Source: Octopus sinensis
Taxonomy: Eukaryota
Length of the DNA: 46,341 nucleotides
NCBI RefSeq assembly: GCF_006345805.1
Contig: NW_021834632.1
Span: forward strand, 1-46,341
Direction of reading: 5' to 3'
A program made the translations under genes and the position numbers. Shown one piece after another: positions 13,401 to 24,885 of the stretch. The notes under the pieces were generated by a model that saw nothing but the letters and a program-made list of their open reading frames with translations, did not search any database and was not told where the DNA came from. How positions within the stretch are numbered: the stretch's first letter is position 1; each line of letters opens with the position of its first letter.

Positions 13401-14315
13401 TGCAGCAGGTCTTCATCACTATTTATGATATACTCAGCCAGCATTCTTCTTTTACTCCTTATACAATTTGGTTGGCACTCTGTCGGTTACGATGACAAGG
13501 GTTCCATTTGATCTGATCAACAGAACAGCCTGCTTGTGAATTAACGTGCAAGTGACTGAGCACTCCACAGACACGTGTACCCTTTATGTAGTTCTCAGGG
13601 AGATTCAGCATGTCAGTGTGAGACAAGGCTAGCCCTTCAAAATACAGGTACAACAGAAACAGAACGAAAGAGTGAGAGAAAGTTGTGGTGAAAGAGTACA
13701 GCAGGGTTCACCACCAACCCCTGCCGGAGCCTTGTGGAACTTTAAGTGTTTCTGCTCAATAAACACTCACAATGCCTGGTCTGGGAATTGAAACTATGAC
13801 CGAGAGTCTGCTACCCTAACCACTGGGCCATTGCGCCTCCAACCTTATACAATGGGCTATACTAATTAGTCCTCTGCCACCACTCTTTCTTTTCATATAC
13901 AGTCTGTTTTCATTTACTTCAGGGTGTAGCGCCCCATGCAGTGTCATCAACTCTCGTCCTTCTATCCAGTGTTGATATTTCCTCCATAGTCCATTTGAGG
14001 ATGGATGTACTATATCTGACCACTGCAACTGCCCAGATATTCATTGCAGTAATCAAATTTTGGCATTCAGGTTGGATTTCAACACCATCTTTACCCATTT
14101 TTGATACACCTCACTGACCTTGACTTTCATTTCTCTTTGTAGAATGTCTAAATTCCTAAACACCCATATCTACTACCATCGGGTTCACTCATGGTTTCTT
14201 CTTATGTTTATCACAATCCTCTGCAGGCTGCTTTTTACCCTCTTTCATACTAAGTACTGAGCATTTGGTGATCCTAAATTCCATACTGATGTTTATTATT
14301 ATTATTATTATTATA

Positions 14316-14374
<59 letters not shown>

Positions 14375-14521
14375 TATGTTTGACTTTTGCTTTATATTTG
14401 TACAAGTTGGCTCCAAGTCTCACCCAGAGACCTCAAGAGACAACAGGTTGGAAGTTCACGTTGTTGTTGTGCCTAATGTGCCATATATCTGGGGGGGGGG
14501 GTTGTACTAGTGAATGTCTAA

Positions 14522-14556
<35 letters not shown>

Positions 14557-17500
14557 ACAAAATAAAATTTAAAAAATAAATAAAATAAAAATTGTTTGTT
14601 TTAAACCTTGAGATTACATAGAAAGTATTTTGCGTAGGATATGAGCAGTTCCCATGAGCACTATCTTTTGAATATTATTATTATTACTATTATTATTATT
14701 ATATTATTATTATTATTATTATTATTATATTATTATTATTATTATTATTATCTTTATTATTTACTTTTAATCTGCATGTTTGTTACAATCAGTTGTCAAG
14801 ACACACAGCATCCTGTGGGTGAGTGAAGTGGAAGTGATGTTACAGTATGACTGAAATCTTGGGGAGTGGGTGTAGCAGGGGCTGTAGCAAAATATCTCCA
14901 TATAATACAACACAGACATTTAAATAGATAGGGTTTTTCTGAGGATGTGGGCAGTACTTGTCAGCAAAATCTTTTGGATTTCTCTGAGACATGGTTTTCT
15001 TGGGATCATATCTAGATGTTTATCCACATGATAAACCATGCAATGTTCAAAACCCTTGTAATGGTATTCTCTGCTCCTAAGAGGCAAATCTTCTATAGAA
15101 GCTCTGCAGGAGATTCCATTCCAGTCTTCTTTATTCATTTGCAGTCTCTAATGCAGCAATTACCACAGTCACAATCTTTACAGATTTTTGATTTTTTTGT
15201 TGTTTTTGTTGCTGTTGTTGTTGTTAAGGCAGTTGATTGTCAAAATCATTACAGTGTCAGAGACAAAATCCTTGTGGTGTTTGTATTGGTGCTTTTACAT
15301 TCACAAGTTAAATCTTGTCCAGGCTACCTTTGCTGTTCATCTCTCCAGAAGCAATGTGATAAAGTACCAATGAAGTACAGGGATCAGTTCAATTAACTAA
15401 TCCCCATCCAACAAATTGTTGGATTTCTGCCTCAGAAATTATTATTTAATTATTGATGTTGTTGTTATGTGGTTTTTATGTTTATGTTTATTGGTCTGTA
15501 AAAATCCTTATTGATTGATATTTCTTGCTCTTCTAGCGACCTGAATCACCTGGAGCTGCCAACAGCAATGAAAAGAATTTCACAAGTATTACTACAGTCA
15601 CTGTGGTGTTGGTTTTCATATTCATCATTACGATGCTTCTGTCTCATGCAGATAATCAGAGGTTGGTAGTTCTCAAACTGATGAACTCATTTTCTTTTAT
15701 ATATTTACCAAATATAAACTTTTGAAAATTTTAAATGGAATGATTTCAAATCAAAGAAGCTTTTGTGATCAGAGATGAAGGTCAAAATTCATTCATAGAT
15801 GAGGTAAAATATTGCTAACAAGTTTTGTAACATTGACATTTAGGATGACTTTCCAAGTGAATTGTAATATTTGGAACGAAGTATGAATTTATTGAGAAGC
15901 TGTTAATTAAAAATTGGAGAACAGATTTTTAAAATTTTAAACGGACTCAAATATTTTATACACATTAGTACCTTTAAGCTGCAAAATGAGTGTGTTGTGT
16001 TGGGCCCCACTTGGGTTGGGTCAACAAAAGGCTTGGACTGCTTACTGGCAATCTCACTTTATTTGTGCAGACTCTCAAGACATTGTATAACATTTGAATG
16101 ATAGTGTTCAAGATATAGTGAAGTTCCAGAAATAGTAAGTCATGCATTCAAGTAGTATGTCTTGGTTGCAGCTAATGAGAATGCATTGACAAAATTTGAA
16201 ACAGTATTATCACCCACGAGACATTCATATTTTAAAAGAATGTTTAAGCCTTTTGTTAACTTATTTCTTTTGAAATACAACGACCTTTGTTTCAATTAAG
16301 TTTGAAAATAACAAAGAATTCAGTAAAATAATTTTTTATCATTAAAGTGATGTTTAACATGAAAGATTTCGTTTAGATTACTTTAAACAGGAAGTTTATA
16401 TCATAGAACCAGGGACAGTCTCAGGTGGGTTGTTATTATTAGAGTTAAGAAGATTACAAAATATTGAAACATTGTGTTGCCCCCAAATAAATTGTTTGGA
16501 AGATAGGTAAGTGTGACTAAATTGGCATTGGTAAACATGATGAACTTATGGATACAATAGTGATGATGGAAGTGTTTTTCAAACTATATAAAAATGGAAG
16601 AGAAGGTTGGGAAGACATTAGTAACAATATCATCATCATCATCATCATCATCATCATCGTCTAAAGTCAGTTTTCCATGCTAGCATGGGGTGGACGGTTT
16701 GACTGGGGTCTGGGAAGCCAGGAGGCTACACCAGGCTCCAGTCTGATCTGGCAGTGTTTCTACAGCTGGATGCTCTTCCTAACACCAACCACTCCATGAG
16801 TGTAGTGGGTGCTTTTTACGTGCCAGGCAAGGCTGGCAATGGCCATGATCAGTTGGTGCTTTTTACGTGCTACCGGCATGGAAGCCAGTCAAGGCCGCGC
16901 TGGCAACGGCTACGTTCAGATGGTGCTTTTTATTTGCCACTGGCACTGGTATCACAACTACAATTTCCATTGATTTTTTGATCGATTTTGATTTCACTTG
17001 CCTCAACAGCTCTTCGCAAGCAGAGTTTTGTGTCCAAAGAAGGAAAGGTATGCATAAGTGGACTGGCTACATCCCAGGTAAAGGCCACGGGTTATGGTCT
17101 CATTTGTCCTGCCAGGTCTTCTCTGCCTTGGTGAGACCTAATGTTTGAAGGTCGTGCTTCACCACCTCGCCCCAGGTTTTCCTGGTCTACCTCTTCCACA
17201 AGTTCCTTCAACCGCTAGGGTGTGGCACGTTTTCACACACCTGTCTTCATCCATTCTCGCACACCACAACTGATGCTTCTTAGGTCCAACTTTTCTCTCA
17301 AGGTACTTACACTCTGTCGAGTATGAACACTGACATTACACATCCATCGGAGCATACTGGCTTCATTTCTTGCAAGCTTGTGCATATCCTCAGCAGTCAC
17401 GGTCCATGTTTCACTGCCATGTAGCATGAATAGGCAAAAAAATTTTGTTGGAGTACCTTATAGTAAATAGTGACTTTGAAATCCTACTAGACCACAATGC

Positions 17501-20500
17501 ATGATTTTTTTGAATGGATATTCTGGTTAGGAAGCTGTTTTGGAGGATCCTCAAACAAACACCATGATCTTTTTCTCACTATATTATTGTAAACAATCCA
17601 ATTTTCATCTCCAGTTACCAGTTGCTTCAAGAAAGGCTTATTTCCATTGCATTTTAGAAGAATATCAGAGATACCAGTCTCTGCAGTTTTGTTCTGACAG
17701 TTTGTGAAGCACCCAAACGTAAAAGTATTCGTAAATGGTACTTTTGGAAACTTCCAACTTCTTTGCAAGACCTCTAGTCATACAATTCAAGTTTTCCACC
17801 ACAGTTACTGTTATAATGTGGATCCTTGTCCACTTGTATGTTGCTATTGGCACTGTAATATTTTTGTTGCCACTATTATGTTGTGGTGGTATTCTGTGTC
17901 TTATTATCTTTTGACTTTGAAACATCTACCTTGACGATAACTCAAACATGTATATATCATGTAACTGACACTGACTCCAACAAAGAACTTGTATAATAAC
18001 TTTACTACTACTGACCTTCTAAAACGACTGACTGTCTGACCTCATAGTCTCTGTATCTTACCACACCAGTTTATCACATGGCAAGGAGTGTACCATTTTC
18101 ACTATGTCTCCCCTTTTAGTTTCTTTTTCTGTGGGAAGCAAGTAATTTTATTTTACTTTATTCACCCCTCTTCTCTTTTTAACGTTTTTTTTTCAACTTA
18201 ATACTTTTCTTTTTGGTATCTATTTGTAGGAACTCTGTGTTCTTCCTTTTCCTTCGAATTGTATGCATAGGTTCAACCCCCTGTAACAGTGTTGGTACCT
18301 GGAATGTGTCATATATCCATTCCATAGGTTCTTCCAGGCTGTTTGATTCATTTTCTATGAATCTCTTCTTCAATTCATTTCTGTGTCTTTTTTCAATACC
18401 TTTTCTGCTTTTAATTCTGTACATCAGTTTTCCTATGTACTTTGTAATTTTTCTCGTACTGTTTTCTGTTTTTATACGACCTCATGTTCCCCTTATCACC
18501 AATGTTGAAAAATTTTGATAGTGTCTATCCTGGCACTTTTTCTTTCCTTGCCAGGTAACAGTTTATGAAAAACTGATTTCCCCTTCCTAGTGGACATCAG
18601 TTCTGCTGGTGAGCTTTTTGCTGGTGTATTGGGGTTTGGTGCCACCCTATATACCCTTAGGAATTGCTGCAAAGCAACTTTGTTTGTTACTTCCTTGTTT
18701 GCTTTTCTCAAAGCTCTTTTAAAAGTGTCGACAAATTGCTCTACCTGTCTATTTGAGCTGGGATGGTAAGACACTATCGTTTTATGTTCTTCCATGAACA
18801 TTTCAATGAATTTTCTAAATTCACTGGACAAATTGTGTTCCATTATCAGATACAATTACATCTGGGATGCCAAATCTTGGGAATAATTCATGCAAAAAAT
18901 TCATCATAATTGAGTCAGTTTGTCTTTTGCACTAAACAATTTCCAGCCATTTTGTAAAATTGTCAACTACGACTAAGAAGTAATAACCCTTTAACAGACC
19001 CACAAAGTCGATATGTAGTCTTGACCAGGAACTTTTTACTTATGGCAAGGCTCCCATTTTCTATAGGCAATTTTGCTGCCAGAATACATCCTCTGCAGTC
19101 TTTTACTACATTTTCAACTTCATCTTTGGCCAATACACATAGCTGCACATAAACAATTTTATCCTTGCGATCTCTGGATGTCCAATATGGAATTCTTTCA
19201 ACATTCGCTTTTGTAGAATCTCAGGTATCACTACCTTTTAGCCATACATAAGTACCCCATCACGTGTTGAATATGATTACATCATGTTGTTTTTTCTTAC
19301 GAAATGATTTTTTGTTTTCTTTTGTTGACCATAAAGTTTTATTCTCATTAATGAACTTGTCTTCTGATGCATACCGCTTTATCTCCTCCAGGGTTATTGA
19401 TAACTATCGTACAGTGTTCCATATTATGTGTTTAATTTCCCCTTCAGCTCTTAGGGTTGCTATTGCTGTGTCTTTGAATGGTTTGCCATTTCTGGGTATT
19501 AACCAGGATAGACCTTCATCATGTCCTAGCATTTGCAAAGGTAAATATTCCATTGCATAGTTGTAGTTTAGTGGTATGGTGACCCTTCGCTGCAACCAGT
19601 TTGCTGCATGCATTGGGATTCCTTTCTTAGATCCATAAATCGAAACCTGTGGAACTTTTTTATGCCACATATTTTGCAAAACCAACTTTTGCATGAAAAT
19701 TCTTGTCAAACGACAAGGGAACTGGCAGAGAATATGGAATGCTCCTACACTGCTATAGAGAAGCATCTTCATTCGATGGGAAAGTTTCAGAAGTATGGAG
19801 CATGGGTTCTGCATGCTCGAAGTGACAACAACAAAAATCAATTAGCCACAATCTCTGCTGGTTTGCTTGCTTGTCACCGCTCAACTCATGGACACAAGCA
19901 ATGATTTCTTTACCGAATAATACTGGTGATGAAAAATTGTGTCTGTACATCAATATGAAGCAGCAGAAGGAATGGCTTAGCCCTGGTAAACAAGTAACAT
20001 CATGTGTGAAACAAGATCTTCATCTGCGTAAAACGATGTTGTGCATATGGTGGGACTGGGAAGAGATTATCCATTACGAATTGCTTGAACAGAACCAAAT
20101 GGTTAATGTGGAACTCTATGTTCAGCAGATGGAATGACTCAACATGACCAAAGAAGCCATTCAAACGCATGGCTGGGAAGTGCTGCCACACCCATCGTAC
20201 TCTCCTGATTTAGCACCAACAGTTTTCAATCTCTTCCAAATGCTATGCATGGAGTTTTGTTCAATACTGGGGCAGAATTGAAAGCTTGGCTGGATCAATT
20301 TTCAAGTTGAAATCAGGTGATTTCTACCAGCGAGGTAGTGAAAATCTTGTTGAACATTGGGAAGAAGTTGTAAACAACAAGTGTGAATACATTATTGATT
20401 AATTAGTTGTTATTTTTTATTAAAGCTTTTAAAAATTTAAATTTAAAAAAACTGCGGAAACTTAATTGCCAACCCAATACATTTATTGTTGGAAAACAAA

Positions 20501-20511
20501 CATTTCCACTA

Positions 20512-20588
<77 letters not shown>

Positions 20589-23500
20589 ATGGCATATTTG
20601 TTTGTCTGTTCACTGCTTATTCTATTTCTCTTCAGATATTCCAGGGAATTAAGAGCAGCTAAAACCACTAAAAAACGTAAGTTGTTTTAATGTCTCTGCC
20701 TTTGGTTTGGAATGGATGCAATGTCAACCTTTTGGTTGCAAAATTGACCTTTGAGATGTCCTGTATTGTGGGAAACAATTTTTAGCTTACACTAGCCTTG
20801 AAAATTTTTTTTATGCATTGTGTTTCAGCATTGAGATAGAGAGACTTGCTATTGTTCAGAATCATGAGGATGAAAAGCATAAAGTGTTCTAGGTTAAAAA
20901 GTGGTGTATTTGAATTTAATCAAAATGTTATTGAAGTGAATACATCTGGAATAAGACTTCTATACTTACCCTCAGTTATAATGAAAGAAAAGGGCACAGA
21001 AATGTTACAAAATGAGGTTGTTAGCCGAAAAATTTGTCAAAGTCTTCTGTCGGTGAACTCCAATAAAGGCCTGCTACAGATGTTGGATGATGTATACTAA
21101 TTAAGCAGTTAAATATTCTAATGTCAGAAAGAATGAAATTCCATCTGAGGTAATAACTGAAATGCTGAAAGTGTCCGGTTGTGTAAGCCCTGAGCTAGTC
21201 ACTGACTTAAATAATCAGGTTATGTAGGATGGCATTATTCCCATTGAGTGACATCTCAGGCATTGGAAATGAACAACATCCCATGTATGATGATGGTACT
21301 TGTTTACAGCCATCACATGATGACATAACAAGGGGAAGACACACACTCACACCTGTGTGCATGCACACACTTACTACAAGCTTCTTTCAGTTTCCATCTA
21401 CCAAATTCAATCGACAAGGGTTTGGTCAGCTTGGAACTATAGTAGAAGGCATTTGTTCAAATTGTCATACAGTGGGAAGGAATCCAAAGTACATGACTGG
21501 TCAGCTTGGAACTATAGTAGAAGGCATTTGTTCAAGGTTTCATACATTGGGAGGGAACCCAAAGTACATGACTGGAAAGCAAACATCTTGCTCCTAATAA
21601 ATATCTCTATTTCTAGAGAAGATTTGAAAATGCCCATTAATAGATATCATTTACTGAATGTTCTCATCCTAAAAAATGTATAATCATCATCATCATCATC
21701 ATCATCGTTAAACGATGATGATAATGATGATGATGATTATACATTTTTAGGATGAGAACATTCAGTAAATGAAACACTAACTATTATATTAGTCATTGAG
21801 AATAATACCTTCTTTAGCTACTATGGGAGAAAAGAAATGCACTGAGGATGGCTAGTTTATAGACACCTCAAAGTGAGTAGTTGTGAGTGTCATGGCAGAG
21901 GGTTAAATGCAGTAGTGTTTTACCTGATATATGAGAGTGTTGAGAAAAACGTACAGTTTCACTGCCACTGACCAGGAAAAAGCTTTTCCTTGTAGTGTGA
22001 ATACTGCTTTATATATCCCTTGTAGCTTCTACTGTGTTACATGCCCTTGCCCTACATTATATAGTCTATACTGTTTTATGTCTGATTGTTACATATGCAC
22101 ACATACTCACGCACGGACACACACACACACACACACATTGTTGTATATCATTTATTGAATGTCCTAATCTTAAATAAGTGTTGAACTTCAGCAGCAAATA
22201 CAGGTGTTTTTAAATCTTCTCCATGGATCAGGACTTTCTTTTTAAGTTCAGGCCTGACTATGTGGGCACTGGCATGGTTATACATTTAAGAAGCTCGCTT
22301 GCCAGCCATTTAGTCCTAGGTTCAGACCCTCTCTGAAGAGTGTTGGGCTAGTGTCCTATGCTGTAGCCCCAGGTCAACTAAAACCTTATTAGTCAATTCA
22401 GTAGACAGAAACTGAAGGAAGCCCATTGCATGTGTGTGTGTGTGTGTGTATAACAGTATCACCCAGAGTGATTGGATGGTTTTATACATCACTGGTCACA
22501 TTGCTTTAGCGCTTTTTCAATGATGCCACCATGCTAGCTGGGCAAGCATGCCAACATTCTCCCTGATCGGTTGGCTATTCTGTTGCATTTACAACTGAGT
22601 AGACTGTAACAACATGAAATGATGTGTCTTGTTCCAGAAAGACAATGTACTGCCTGGTCTGGGAATTGAACCCATGATCTACTGATCATGAGTGCAACAC
22701 CATAAGCACTGGGTCACATCTCTTTACACACACAAACAGTTGAACTGATGATCACTTCACATCCATTTTTGCATTTCTTTCGATAATTTATTTTTGTATG
22801 TTCTATTTGGTTTAAGTATCCTTAACTGTGTTTGTTTGTGTATACAGTGCAAGAAAGAAATTCATCTGTCAAAGAAAAATATGGTCATGATTTAATATTT
22901 ATTTCATTGCAGAATCAATTGGTAAAAGTGAAGATGTATATCCTGGAACCAATTTATTTTCAGATGGACAGTATGTTTTTCTTTCTCTCTTTCTCCCCTT
23001 TTCCTCCTTCTCTATTGTTTTTTTTTTATAAACATTTTATTATTTAATTACATGTAGGTTATAATTGGTTTCATAACTATGACAACAATCAATCTTTACA
23101 TTTCATCAGTCCAGAATTGATAAAATAAAGTACCAGTCATGTACCGGTATTGTTTTAAGTCACTTGCCCTATCCCTGAATTTTCTTGCCTTGAGCCAAAT
23201 TAGAAACTTGTTATTAAGGATCAGTAGAATTGTTGAAGTATCAAACAAAATGCTTTGTGGTATATCTTCCATGTCTATAATCTGAGTTCTCTCCACTACA
23301 TATTTGTAGCTTTCTGTTAAAGACAGCAATCACTGTAGTTGTATTGAACTCTGAGTAACATCAGTTTCTTTGGACTGTAGCAAGGAAATAAAGTACACTT
23401 TGCAAGGCATTTGTGCAGCATAAACAGATGTATTATTCCATAATGTTTTAGATTTATGCCTTGTGAATGACGGATCTTCCTTCCTTGTCCAGCTGCCTGC

Positions 23501-24840
23501 AATTTTGCAGTGCATTCCAAGCTTGTGTGTAGTATATTCCGATACTCTAATAATTTATTTTACCAAAACAAACTTTCTGTTTGTAGGTCTGCTCAAAATC
23601 TGTTGTAGCAATTAGATGTCCCTTTTAGAAAGCATAACTTTGTAACAGGTTCCAACGCTCTTTCACTGTTGAGTACTTATCAATAGAAAAGCATCCAACT
23701 GTAAATTATCTATTCATGCATCAGTGTCTGCATTTAGAAGTCCTGATTTCATAATAATTCATTCCACAATAGAAGGATCCAAAGAATATTCAAAGCAGAT
23801 AGAATATTTACTTGCAATTTGTTGCTAATTAAGGTGTGTGTTTTGGGGTAGAACTTCTGTCTTATACATCTACTAATTTCTAAGCTAGCAGAGAAAAAGT
23901 AACTGTTCAATACTCAAAACTCCATTTCAAGGTGCATATCATTAATTTTGCATTATCCAAATAGAAAAGTTTTATAGGTTTACATTGTTTATGCTGTCAG
24001 TAATGTAAAAATATATGGTTACACTGCCAGTGACATAAGAGGAAGAAGAATTTTCTCAGAATTTTTTTAATATATCTTTTGTGAAGTAAAACTGAAAAAA
24101 CATATTAGTTTATCAATAACCCATGGACTTTTTCTTCCAAAAATTTATTTGTGTTTTATATAAATATTTTTCAGGATTAATCCATTATACAACAATTTGG
24201 ATGAAAATGACATGGGTGGTCCCTTACCAGAGAAAGAGAGGTATGTTTTACAAAACAGATTTTAAAATGAAAAGTTTGTTTCAAAATGTTTGCTATTATT
24301 TATCATGAGATAAAGGGTAAAAACAGATGGAAGCTGAATGTTTTATTGGAACTAAATTAATATCTCAGTGTTCTGAGTTCAAATATCACTAAGGTAAAGT
24401 TAATTCCTTCTTTCTAGAGCCAATAAAACAAGTAATAGCATACTAGATTATATCAATCAGCAACGAGTACAGAAGTAGCTGTGTGATTGCTTTGCTACCA
24501 TGTGCTTTTAGGGCTGATCCTGCTGGATGATACTTTTGGCAAGTGTCTTCTACTACTGTCACAGGTTGACCAATGCCTTGTGAGTGATATCAGATTGGTG
24601 GAAACTGTAGGGAAGCCTATCTTATACTGATTGATATATATGTGTGCGTATGTATATATATATCATCATCATCATCATCGTCGTTTAACGTCCGTTCTCC
24701 ATGCTAGCATGGGTTGGACGGTTCGACCGGGGTTCTGGGAAGCCAGAAGGCTGCACCAGGCTCCAGTCTAATTTGGCAATGTTTCTACAGCTGGATGCCC
24801 TTCAATATATATATATATATATAAAAAAAGCATATATTCA

Positions 24841-24885
<45 letters not shown>

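Noticed and set aside
12434-15536. Hidden cadherin exons encoding a membrane-adjacent domain
   Set aside because: The interval is accounted for by R4/Dong, SINE and microsatellite sequence; I found no plus-strand exon with suitable sites
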